DNA from: Candidatus Kuenenia stuttgartensis
GTDB lineage: Bacteria > Planctomycetota > Phycisphaerae > Sedimentisphaerales > CAMDDF01
Length of the DNA stretch: 53,431 nt
NCBI GenBank assembly: GCA_945890885.1
Contig: CAMDDF010000001.1
Coordinates: 1-53,431, forward strand
Reading direction: 5' to 3'
In this document: piece by piece, positions 19,218 through 28,192 of the stretch
Position numbering within the stretch: position 1 is the stretch's first letter
How the letters are laid out: each line of letters opens with the position of its first letter
Notes under the pieces: model-generated
Told to the model about the DNA's origin: nothing
Seen by the model: only the letters and a program-made list of their open reading frames with translations
Database searches by the model: none
Made by a program: the position numbers and the translations under genes

Positions 19218-20516
19218 ATGGGCCTGCTATCGGCACTGATCACAGGAAATAACGGAAACGAAATTTTTCGATCCCTGAAATACAGAAATTTCAGACTGTT
19301 CTTCATAGGACAGAGTCTGTCGCTGATAGGTACATGGATGCAAAGGCTGGCTATGAGCTGGCTGGTATATCGAACCACTCATTCGGCAGTAATGCTCGGA
19401 GTCGTCGCGTTTGTGGGGCAGATACCGTCCATATTGCTGACACCTGCGGCTGGAGTGGCCGCTGACAGATACAATAAGCATAAAATGCTGGTCATAACGC
19501 AGATACTGGCGATGATTCAGGCGGTTATACTGACTGCTGCCGTGCTCACAAATACTGCCAGCATCTCACATCTGATAATTCTGAGCATTATTCTGGGCGT
19601 AGTAGATGCTTTCGATATGCCGATAAGACAGGCATTCGTAATGGAAATGATAGAGAAAAAACACGATATCGGCAATGCCGTTGCGCTCAACTCATCAATG
19701 GTAAATATCGCCAAACTCGTTGGGCCGTCAGTTGCGGGGATCATTATCGCTGCCGTCGGCGAAGGCATGTGCTTTGCTTTGAATGCGGTAAGTTATATGG
19801 TGGTTATCGGCACCCTGCTGATGATGAAAATAAATACGACAGAGGTTAAAGCTGTACATTTGAAAGTATGGCATCAGCTTGTGGAAGGATTTAAGTATAC
19901 TTTCGGATTTCCTCCGGTGAAAAATCTAATCGCTCTTCTGGCACTGGTCAGCCTGATGGGTATGCCGTATATGGTCGTTCTTCCGGTTTTCGCAAAGGAT
20001 ATCCTGCATGGTGGGGCACAAATGCTCGGGCTTCTTACCGGCGCATCCGGCATAGGGGCACTGGCAGGTGCGGTATTTCTGGCGACAAGAAAAACCGTGC
20101 TGGGGCTGGGCAAGGTTATCGTGGTATCTGTGGCACTGTTTGGGGCGGCTCTCATTTGCTTTGCTCTGTCCGAGACGGTGTGGCTGTCTATAGTATTTAT
20201 GTTCCTGGCTGGGCTGGGAACGATGGTGCAAATGGCGGCGTGCAATACGATCCTGCAAACGATGGTCGAGGATAATATGAGGGGACGGGTTATGAGCTTC
20301 TATACGATGGCTTTTACAGGTACGATGCCGTTTGGGAGCCTGATTGCGGGCGTGCTGGTGGAAAAGATAGGTGCGGCAGATACCCTGATAATTGGTGGGA
20401 GTTTCTGCATTACAGGAGCGATTATCTTTTATAGAAAATTGCCGGCATTGAAAAAGCTGGTTCATCCGATATATGTGCAAAAGGGAATTATCCCCAGCCC
20501 CCCGCCGATGCAGTGA
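19218..20516 (+). CDS. MFS transporter (EntS/MFS_3-like)
   Basis: 12-TM pattern, FRLFFIGQSLSLIGTWMQ N-terminus and a GVAADRYNK loop, typical of this MFS subgroup. Confidence 0.85.
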   Translation: MGLLSALITGNNGNEIFRSLKYRNFRLFFIGQSLSLIGTWMQRLAMSWLVYRTTHSAVMLGVVAFVGQIPSILLTPAAGVAADRYNKHKMLVITQILAMIQAVILTAAVLTNTASISHLIILSIILGVVDAFDMPIRQAFVMEMIEKKHDIGNAVALNSSMVNIAKLVGPSVAGIIIAAVGEGMCFALNAVSYMVVIGTLLMMKINTTEVKAVHLKVWHQLVEGFKYTFGFPPVKNLIALLALVSLMGMPYMVVLPVFAKDILHGGAQMLGLLTGASGIGALAGAVFLATRKTVLGLGKVIVVSVALFGAALICFALSETVWLSIVFMFLAGLGTMVQMAACNTILQTMVEDNMRGRVMSFYTMAFTGTMPFGSLIAGVLVEKIGAADTLIIGGSFCITGAIIFYRKLPALKKLVHPIYVQKGIIPSPPPMQ

Positions 20517-20848
20517 AATGCTTTATATGCTATATTTACTTTACAACGAATTACACGGTTTTTTTGCTTTAAGCTCCCTACCTTTATAAGGTGGGTTGTT
20601 TGCAAGGACGTGGTAGTTGTTCCCTCAACTAAAAACTCAGCACTAACGACTAAAGACTAGCCGGTTGTCATCCCGAGCGAGCAAAGCGACTAGGGATCTC
20701 GGTTCCTTTTAATTTCTTACTTCTCACTTCAGTCTTCTAATTCCCCATCTCTGCGATATTGCTTTCTTTGCCGGTTCCTCTTTTGTTTACCGCCACGACG
20801 TATTCGATATTAATCTTTGCAGGCTGATCGGTTAAAATCAATTCAAAA

Positions 20849-20945
20849 GATGACTTAACCTTTGTCTATGCGGGACTAATGATGATAGTTCAGCAGGGTA
20901 CGAAAACCTGCAAAATATGGGGAAATGCGCCCGGCAGGACTCGAA
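20849..20945. repeat. attL: imperfect direct repeat with a 20-nt exact core (displaced tRNA-Arg 3' end)
   Basis: 20926-20945 TGCGCCCGGCAGGACTCGAA is identical to 47850-47869. 20849-20925 resembles 47772-47849 (1 indel, ~12 mismatches). Confidence 0.8.
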
Positions 20946-21123
20946 TTTAAATTCGCAAAGTACCGCTAATAAAGAACTTAGCGAAAGTGCTAAAAGTGAG
21001 AGGGTGCAGAATACGGTGCATAATCTGCAAATTTGCTCCGAATTACAACAAGTCATAACCGCTTGGCCTGAACTACCGGAGCATATCAAGGCTGCAATCA
21101 AATCATTGATACAAACTGCATAA
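20917..21123 (+). pseudogene. detached integrase 3' tail reading through the attL core
   Basis: The ORF MGKCARQDSNLNSQ...RVQNTVHNLQ...AWPELPEHIKAAIKSLIQTA crosses the att core in the same frame as the integrase (KCARQDSNL in both). A 20-nt block at 21001-21020 is identical to 47705-47724, inside the integrase. Confidence 0.5.
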
Positions 21124-21170
21124 AAAGTGGCTGAAGCAATCTAAGTACCGATTATCAATTAATCGTGCTG

Positions 21171-21368
21171 CTATGTCTCTTTTTCTGTCTGCTCAGGCTT
21201 CTTACAGGATTTTTTCATTATTTCCTCGCAACAGCACGTTCCCACCAGTGCCTTGATTACCAATAGTACTCCCAAAATGGTCAACACCATTCTTGCCCAG
21301 GAAGCATCCACCCAAGCAAAGACAATCACCAAAACCGCCAATACAACTCCACACCAACATTTGGACAT
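21171..21368 (-). CDS. small Cys-rich two-TM membrane protein
   Basis: MSKCWCGVVLAVLVIVFAWVD...MVLTILGVLLVIKALVGTCCCEE has two hydrophobic helices and a charged tail. No family recognised. Confidence 0.5.
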   Translation of the reverse strand: MSKCWCGVVLAVLVIVFAWVDASWARMVLTILGVLLVIKALVGTCCCEEIMKKSCKKPEQTEKET

Positions 21369-21481
21369 TTTTATCTCCTTTCAATCAAGTGTAAATTTGT
21401 ACGATATAAGTATTATCGGCTGAACCGAACCCAATACAGAAGGGAAAATGAAATCATTGGTATAAACCGCATAATAGCGGT

Positions 21482-21590
21482 TGTAGGGAAATTTCAAGCC
21501 CTACCTTATGCAGGGTGCTGTTTTATACCGGTCGAGAGCCGTTCGTCGATTCTAAGGGCTCAAAGTGGTCATTTAACCGGGGTTTGAGAG
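21482..21590. repeat. island intergenic repeat family 1, copy A
   Basis: Shares the exact block CGTTCGTCGATT (21540-21551 = 39175-39186) and ~65-70% identity over ~60 nt with copy C. Ends 15 nt from the orf160 stop. Confidence 0.6.
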
Positions 21591-21604
21591 ATTCTGTGTG
21601 GTGG

Positions 21605-22087
21605 TTACTGGCGTGGGCGTGCCGAAGTATCTACTAAACTCTCTATGTCTATTCGCAAATTAGCGAACCACTCTGTGCCGATGGTGCGGGGATATGGTCG
21701 GATCTGTTGCAAAACACAAGTTTCACCACGTTCAATGGCCTGCTGGTATGCTGAAACTTCCCTTTTAATAGCAGGGTCTTTCAAGTCGCAAGCATAGCCA
21801 CCTCGACGGACATGGGCGATGAACGCCTGCCATGCTGAATGCCGCCAGAATCGCTTGTGTAATTTGTCTCGGTGACAATTTCGACATAAAGCAAATAATG
21901 CTGGTTCTGTCCATATGTAAGGCTCGCCATAATCTTCATCATGATATTCAACGGCCACATCCGGGTCGCCGCATAACGCACACGGCCCTGTTGCTGGGGA
22001 CAATGTTCCCTTTGACATCAGACGCTTCGAAACTTGGAGTTTTTTGTTTCTCTCTATAGGACTATAACCGTTATACCAATTGAGCAT
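21605..22087 (-). CDS. hypothetical Cys/His (HNH-like zinc-finger) protein downstream of hsdR
   Basis: CALCG...EYHDEDY...LCRNCHRDKLHKRF. Same strand as hsdR, 113 nt downstream. Confidence 0.6.
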   Translation of the reverse strand: MLNWYNGYSPIERNKKLQVSKRLMSKGTLSPATGPCALCGDPDVAVEYHDEDYGEPYIWTEPALFALCRNCHRDKLHKRFWRHSAWQAFIAHVRRGGYACDLKDPAIKREVSAYQQAIERGETCVLQQIRPYPRTIGTEWFANLRIDIESLVDTSARPRQ

Positions 22088-22200
22088 ACTAAAAACCTCT
22101 CTGAAAGACGGGACTAATGAATGGGGCAGAGCATTATAGTTTTATACAAATCACCTATTTTTAAGCATATTTGTCATTGGCCTCGCTTTTTTATTCTGAT

Positions 22201-24600
22201 TTATGCCACAGCCTGTTGCTGATAAAGATATTTCTGGAATCCTGAGAACACCTTGCCAATCTCATCCGGTTTGCCCAGATCGGCTACGGCATCGGCAATG
22301 GAGTTGTGATACTTGAGCTGCAACAATGGCGTTAGTTTGTCTTGGTCAAGCTCCTCTACACCTACACTGACATAGTGTGACAGAACAAAATCGAGAAAGA
22401 CCTGCTGTTTGCTGTTAAAATGCGTGCTTATATCGACCTTGGCTTTAGCGGCACGTTCTTCACGGGTCAGCGGCATAAGGGCGTAGGCCACATGTGCCAG
22501 CACGTCGAAGATGTCGCTCTTTTCTGCATCGACGATCCTTTGCATTTCTGTAAGCTGGTCTTTGCCGAACCCTTTATCGGCCAGTCCATCCAGCAGCTTC
22601 TTTCGCGTTTCCGGTATGCTCCACAAGGTTCGAAGCTCCTCTTCATTCCTAAAGAACTCCGGCAGCTTACCGAAAAGCAGTTCCATAAACTGTTGTGCCG
22701 ACATCGGTGTCCCATCTGGATGCCAGAAGCTCGTTACCATCATGTGCTGGATAGTCCGTTCCTTGCCGTCAGCAAGTTTAACCTTCGCTCGCGTCCTCTT
22801 CTTGCACACGCAATTCAGCTTTCCGCAAACCGGACACGGCTCTTTCGGACATTCACACGGGCTCTTCCCGCAAATGGGACATGGTTGCGGAGGTGTTTTT
22901 TCACATTCGCATGGTTGGCAACCGCACTTAGAACACGTCTTTGACTCTTCCGGTTCTATTGGCTCTCCATCCCACTCAGGATCGCTGAAATGATGGTGCG
23001 CCTGCACAAAGTCATATATTGTAAAGTAATCCTTGCCATCATATAGTCGCGTGCCACGGCCAATGATTTGTTTGAACTCAATCATCGAATTGATAGGACG
23101 CATCAGCACAATGTTGCGAATATTGCGGGCATCCACACCGGTTGAGAGTTTCTGCGATGTAGTGAGGATAGTTGGGATAGTTTTCTCGTTGTCCTGGAAG
23201 TCGCGTAGGTGCTGCTCCCCCAGCGCTCCGTCGTTGGCTGTAACTCGCTGGCAGTAGTTTGGGTCTTTGATGGTCTTCATCTGATTGATGAGGTCACGCA
23301 CGGCCAGCGCATGGTCTTGCGTAGCACAAAAAACCAGCGTCTTCTCGTTCTGGTTGATTTGCTCCATGAAAATCTTCACACGGTGTGCTTCACGTTCCTT
23401 AATTTCGATAATCTTATTGAAGTCGGTTTCCGTGTATAATTTCCCGGTTTCAATCTCACCTTCAATCAGTTTGTCATCTGGTGTATAAACGTAGTCATCG
23501 AGCGTAGTGGAAATCTGCTTAATCTTAAACGGAGTGAGAAAGCCGTCATTGATGCCTTCCTTGAGCGAGTAGATATACACCGGCTCGCCGAAGTAGGCGT
23601 ATGTGTCCACGTTGTCCCTTCTTTTAGGAGTAGCGGTCATACCGAGTTGCACGGCAGGGGCAAAGTAGTCAAGGATACCACGCCAGTTGCTTTCGTTATT
23701 TGCTCCGCCGCGATGGCACTCATCAATAACAATGAAATCGAAAAATTCTGGCGGGTACTCGCCGAAATAAGGTGATGGGTTACCATCCTTTGGCGGGCCG
23801 CTCATAAATGTCTGGAAGATTGTGAAGAACAGACTGCCATTTTTTGGCACCTTGCCCTTTTTGCGAATGTCATCTGGCTCAATTCTTACCATCGCATCCT
23901 CGGGAAAAGCCGAGAAAGCGTTATATGCTTGGTTGGCCAGAATATTTCGGTCTGCAAGAAACAGGATACGTGGTCTGCGTGATGGTTCGCCGCTCAGGTT
24001 CCAGCGGCTATGAAACAACTTCCACGCAACTTGAAAGGCTATAAAAGTCTTGCCTGTGCCGGTGGCCAGCGTAAGAAGGATGCGTTGTTGTTCTACAGCA
24101 ATGGCCTCCATTACCCGTTCGACGGCGATGTCCTGATAGTATCTGCTTGGATGCGATCCACCCTTGTCCTCAAATGGCACGGTGGCGAAACGATCACGCC
24201 ATGCGTTAGCTTCGGCAAAGGTAATCGCCCAGAGTTCATCTGGTGTGGGATAACATTGCATTTCATTTTCTTTGCCCGTCTGCATATCGACGCCGTAGAT
24301 GCTCTGACCATTGGTGGCATAGGCAAATCGCACAGCTATCTTCGTTGCATAGTCCTTGGCCTGTCCCACGCCTTCAGTAAGTGGCTTGTCCCACGCCTTG
24401 GCTTCGACGACGGCCATTTTGGTGTTGCGATAGACCAGCACATAATCGGCAATAAGCGGTTTACCTCTTCGACCGAGTCCTTCGATGCGGCCCAGTGTGA
24501 TAGGATATTCACGCAAGATTCTGCTGCCATCAATTACTCCCCACCCCGCGGCTTTCAGTGCAGGGTCGATATATTCTGCTCTTGTTTCAGCTTCGTTCAT
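22201..24600 (-). CDS. hsdR: type I restriction enzyme R subunit (EcoEI-like C-terminal domain)
   Basis: MNEAETRAEYIDPALKAAGWG N-terminal nuclease domain, helicase motif I ATGTGKT, motif II DECHRGG, motif VI QIIGRGTR, and a C-terminal EcoEI_R_C-like region (DQLTEMQRIVDAEKSDIFDVLAHVAY). Confidence 0.95.
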   Translation of the reverse strand: MNEAETRAEYIDPALKAAGWGVIDGSRILREYPITLGRIEGLGRRGKPLIADYVLVYRNTKMAVVEAKAWDKPLTEGVGQAKDYATKIAVRFAYATNGQSIYGVDMQTGKENEMQCYPTPDELWAITFAEANAWRDRFATVPFEDKGGSHPSRYYQDIAVERVMEAIAVEQQRILLTLATGTGKTFIAFQVAWKLFHSRWNLSGEPSRRPRILFLADRNILANQAYNAFSAFPEDAMVRIEPDDIRKKGKVPKNGSLFFTIFQTFMSGPPKDGNPSPYFGEYPPEFFDFIVIDECHRGGANNESNWRGILDYFAPAVQLGMTATPKRRDNVDTYAYFGEPVYIYSLKEGINDGFLTPFKIKQISTTLDDYVYTPDDKLIEGEIETGKLYTETDFNKIIEIKEREAHRVKIFMEQINQNEKTLVFCATQDHALAVRDLINQMKTIKDPNYCQRVTANDGALGEQHLRDFQDNEKTIPTILTTSQKLSTGVDARNIRNIVLMRPINSMIEFKQIIGRGTRLYDGKDYFTIYDFVQAHHHFSDPEWDGEPIEPEESKTCSKCGCQPCECEKTPPQPCPICGKSPCECPKEPCPVCGKLNCVCKKRTRAKVKLADGKERTIQHMMVTSFWHPDGTPMSAQQFMELLFGKLPEFFRNEEELRTLWSIPETRKKLLDGLADKGFGKDQLTEMQRIVDAEKSDIFDVLAHVAYALMPLTREERAAKAKVDISTHFNSKQQVFLDFVLSHYVSVGVEELDQDKLTPLLQLKYHNSIADAVADLGKPDEIGKVFSGFQKYLYQQQAVA

Positions 24601-24608
24601 ATTTTTCC

Positions 24609-27011
24609 TTAGTCCTTGGTTAGAAACTTGATTGTCTCGGCAGCATCGGGAAATTGTTCAATAAGCTCCGGCTTATCCATAAAATGATAAGAGATAAACC
24701 GTGCTCCATCTCGCTCCAAACGATTAAAGAAATAGCAAGCATTCTTAGCTGATGGAGGTGAGGATCCGACTTGAATAAGAGGAATAAGTTTGAGTGCACG
24801 ATCTGAACCTTTCTTTGCCAGGTATAGTCTCTCGACATCAAGGCAAATCGACATTGTCCTTGATTCTTTCAGGAACTCACTGTTACTGCTCATCAAAATA
24901 GAAATCTCATTATCATAAACACCATTGCGATGGCGGCTATGAAGAGAATGAATCAATTGAGTCTCAGCCCATGTATCAGCAACTGCCTCACGAAACTTTT
25001 GCACTTCACCAAGGAGTTGTTCATTACGCATTTTTGCGTCTTCTTGTCCGACCACACCACCGTGACCGCCCCAGTCATTTCGCATTTTATTTGTTGTTGA
25101 AATGATCGTTGCCAGGTCCTTGCGGCTGAGAGCTTGGGGCAACGAAAGAGAGGGGTCAGCAAAAATATCTGCGCAAAGCGACCTGTCATTCTTCGCGTTA
25201 TCAGTTTTCTTTCCATCCTCAGAAAGCAACTTTCTTGTCTGCTTAACTAAATAATCTACCACCACCCTCCATGTCCCAAACGTTGCCCGTTGAAAACTCA
25301 GGTTTTGTGACTGCATTATTTCTTTAAGTTTATGTTTGTGCGATTCAAAAAAAGCGTCGTTAGAACTGAAAGCACTCAATAGAATGATGCCAATAAACTG
25401 CGTCGTTCCTTCAAAAAAATGTAAGAGGTGTTCATATTTTGTCTTAAAGTCCTGACTTGGTGCAGCCTGCCATGCACGAAGAATTGATGCGAGGGGAAAT
25501 GGAAGGCTTTCAATCCATTGTTCGAGACTTTCTATGGTGTGTAGTTTAATTCCGCCTGCCAGCCTTCCTGCCAGATAGCCGATCTGTTGGTCCACATTTG
25601 ACGCAGTTTTTGGGCTGGCCCAAAGCTCACGACTAAGTTCTGTAAGTTCATTTTGAAGAGCCTTTACCGTATTTTGCTCAGCAGTAATTTTCCCCTCAAT
25701 AGCCACCATTTCTCGCTGTGTTGACAGGTCAGGCACAAATATATTCATACCTCTTAATCTTAGCTTATTGAGCTTTGGAATCAAACCTGTCTTACTTTGG
25801 TCCATCTGCTGCTTTCCAAACTCAGAGTTGAGGAATCGAGTGACAAAGCGAGCGTTTGAACGGGCTGGATCAATTACAGCTTGAGCGTAATTTTGTGGCT
25901 TTAATTTAAAATCTTCACATGATTCTACAACATCACTATTACCTATAAGCGGAATAAAAATTGCATTTTCAAATGGCTCAAAAGCAAAACTGTCACCTTG
26001 CTGTCCTAAATTTATCGCTGTTGCAAGTTCTTCAAATTTTACTGATAATGCACCAAAACGCTTTTCTGCAAGTGCAAAGGCCTCCGCTACCCTAATTTCT
26101 GAGACACCTTTAAATGTCTCGGTAGAAACTAATTGGCCAAGTTCCAATGAGACGCCCTTACATTTTTTGCGTAAATTTCCTATAATCTGGTGGTTTTTGT
26201 TTGAGTCTGCGGATAACTGTGCCACAAACATTTGTGTTGATGGATTTCGTCGAACGATTATCAAGTAAGATGGAATGTTCGTATATGGCGCAAATGTCCC
26301 TGATGGAAGTGCCAAAGCTGCCTCAATCCCGAGGCCAATTTCGCTGAACTTATGAAAAACAGAACGAGGCGAAAAGAAAGAAGGTGTAACGACGAACAAG
26401 CCAACACCCAACGAACTCAAATGCCGCGAGGCAGCAACCAAAATAATGTTTCCTAAATCGTCACCCAATTCTATTTCTCCTCCCAGCGGGAGAGGATATA
26501 TTAAGGGGTAATCTGACTTTGCATTCATCGGCAGAATGCTTGCAATTACATCTAGTTCCATGTTTGCCACGTCAAGTGATTGCAGGGGAGCACCACATTG
26601 CCAATCCGCATCAGGTACTAGCATTTTTCCAAGAGCTGCTTCACCTTGGTTTGGCGTGAGAGCAATCGCTTTGTTCGCCTTGAAAGACTTGCACAAAATC
26701 CCAAGAAGGAATCCAGATCCAGCCCAAGGGTCACAGATTGTTTTTGGTGCAACGCCCTCAATAACTAATGAAAACACTTCAGTAAGCCATTGTGGAATAT
26801 GACAAAACATTCCCCCAGAACGACCTAATCTTGTTGCCATAAGAAGACCTAAAGCAGTCAAATCTGTGGCAGAAAACTGTACATTTTTATCTTTAAGAAG
26901 ATTAGCGAGCTCCTCAGGTCCTCTAAAATCAAAACCTCTGATTTTATCTATTACATTCCAAGCTTTCTCATTTATTAAGGGGCTTTCGTTTTTTTTCATG
27001 GTTAATCTCAC
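24609..27011 (-). CDS. 800-aa R-M-embedded protein: degenerate N6-MTase fold + HsdS-like TRD/coiled coil + C-terminal Rx5H (HEPN-like) domain
   Basis: 4-nt overlap with the hsdS stop and an 8-nt gap to the hsdR start. AdoMet motif I ICDPWAGSGFLLG (aa 92-104) and ALALPSGTFAPYTNIPSYLIIVRR are present, but the NPP[FY] position reads SILPMNAK. aa ~340-465 IFIPLIG...IFVPDLSTQREMVAIEGKITAEQNTVKALQNELTEL resembles half of an HsdS. aa 644-650 read RNDWGGH. Confidence 0.8.
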   Translation of the reverse strand: MRLTMKKNESPLINEKAWNVIDKIRGFDFRGPEELANLLKDKNVQFSATDLTALGLLMATRLGRSGGMFCHIPQWLTEVFSLVIEGVAPKTICDPWAGSGFLLGILCKSFKANKAIALTPNQGEAALGKMLVPDADWQCGAPLQSLDVANMELDVIASILPMNAKSDYPLIYPLPLGGEIELGDDLGNIILVAASRHLSSLGVGLFVVTPSFFSPRSVFHKFSEIGLGIEAALALPSGTFAPYTNIPSYLIIVRRNPSTQMFVAQLSADSNKNHQIIGNLRKKCKGVSLELGQLVSTETFKGVSEIRVAEAFALAEKRFGALSVKFEELATAINLGQQGDSFAFEPFENAIFIPLIGNSDVVESCEDFKLKPQNYAQAVIDPARSNARFVTRFLNSEFGKQQMDQSKTGLIPKLNKLRLRGMNIFVPDLSTQREMVAIEGKITAEQNTVKALQNELTELSRELWASPKTASNVDQQIGYLAGRLAGGIKLHTIESLEQWIESLPFPLASILRAWQAAPSQDFKTKYEHLLHFFEGTTQFIGIILLSAFSSNDAFFESHKHKLKEIMQSQNLSFQRATFGTWRVVVDYLVKQTRKLLSEDGKKTDNAKNDRSLCADIFADPSLSLPQALSRKDLATIISTTNKMRNDWGGHGGVVGQEDAKMRNEQLLGEVQKFREAVADTWAETQLIHSLHSRHRNGVYDNEISILMSSNSEFLKESRTMSICLDVERLYLAKKGSDRALKLIPLIQVGSSPPSAKNACYFFNRLERDGARFISYHFMDKPELIEQFPDAAETIKFLTKD

Positions 27012-28192
27012 AATTCTCCATTAAAGGCTTGGTGCAATAATGATTTCTTCAATGCATCTAACGCAGCGAGCTTCTTTTGGTAGATGGATTCGAGGCTTTG
27101 GGTTTCGGCGGCGAGTTCTTTAATTGTATCAACGGTCGTTTGCTGGTCAGCCAGAGATGGCAAAGCAATCGGGTACGGTTCGAGTGTTTCTTTGGTCAGC
27201 CCAATCTGGCCTGCAGCACGTTCTGAATGATAAATTATGTATTGCAGTATTGTGGAGTGCTTTAGAAAATAGAATAGAAAGTCCTTGGAGAGTTTTGATT
27301 CGTCTGGCACAGCCTTCATTAAAGCGACGTTGTATGCACCTTCCAATCCGCGTAGAATCTGAAAAAGTGGAGGTCCGTATCGTCCGATCATCACGTCATC
27401 AATATTGCAAAATCTCTTGGCCAGAGAACGAGGAATATAGACCAAATGTTTGTCGCTCTTGTAATCCCGAATTTGGATCAAGCGGATATTGTTGGGCGAG
27501 TGTGTCTTAGTGAAGACGGACTTGGGTGGTTGAGACCCGCCAACGAAGTTGCACACGTCACCGAGTGTTGTCTCTACCCATCCATCGCCGCGTTTAGTAA
27601 AGACGGAGTTGAGGTGGCTTTCGAAGATGGCACGGGCGTTTTGCAAATTCTTTTCGGCGTTGGCTTTGACGGTGGCGATACCCTCAAACGCTTCATCGAG
27701 AATCCCGACAATCCGCTGCTGCTCGGAAAGTGATTTCGGATAACTAATCTGAACTATCGAAATATCCTGCTGGTTGACGCTTGCCTGGTTAACTGACTGC
27801 TTGCACACACCACGCCAATAACCGCTCTGGAAGAGATACTTCATCGCGTGATTCAAATAGGCCGATGTCACCACGTCTTTGGGACGCATGAGCAACAGAT
27901 TCACACCATGGTAAACCGGTTCGTCGCTATTAAATGCAGCAGTTTTTCCAACGTGAACTGCGCTATTGATGTGACTGAAGAGTATGTCGCCATCTTGCAG
28001 GCGATACCGCTCCTTATCGCGCTCGCTCAATTCGGCATAGCCAACTCTTCCAAAATCGAAACTTGCATCCGAAATACTCTCAATGCGAGAAATCTTGTCA
28101 CCCTTGCCGCTCTTGTTTTGTTTGCAGTTAACGCCATTCCGAAGAACGGCCAAAACTTCACCCAATGTGCTTTTATGCCATCCATTCTTCAT
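27008..28192 (-). CDS. hsdS: type I R-M specificity subunit
   Basis: Two TRDs, each opening W..(S/T)LGEV/LGDV. Central conserved helix LSEQQRIVGILDEAFEGI and C-terminal LPSLADQQTTVDTIKEL...LKKSLLHQAF. Confidence 0.9.
   Translation of the reverse strand: MKNGWHKSTLGEVLAVLRNGVNCKQNKSGKGDKISRIESISDASFDFGRVGYAELSERDKERYRLQDGDILFSHINSAVHVGKTAAFNSDEPVYHGVNLLLMRPKDVVTSAYLNHAMKYLFQSGYWRGVCKQSVNQASVNQQDISIVQISYPKSLSEQQRIVGILDEAFEGIATVKANAEKNLQNARAIFESHLNSVFTKRGDGWVETTLGDVCNFVGGSQPPKSVFTKTHSPNNIRLIQIRDYKSDKHLVYIPRSLAKRFCNIDDVMIGRYGPPLFQILRGLEGAYNVALMKAVPDESKLSKDFLFYFLKHSTILQYIIYHSERAAGQIGLTKETLEPYPIALPSLADQQTTVDTIKELAAETQSLESIYQKKLAALDALKKSLLHQAFNGEL

Noticed and set aside
22420-24612. Several plus-strand track ORFs of 160-200 aa (22420..22944, 22511..22993, 24010..24612) and many 60-90 aa ORFs inside hsdR, orf800, hsdS and hsdM (for example 28690..29523).
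   Set aside because: They lie entirely antisense to, or out of frame within, genes that have strong motif support. They are low-complexity and motif-free shadow ORFs.
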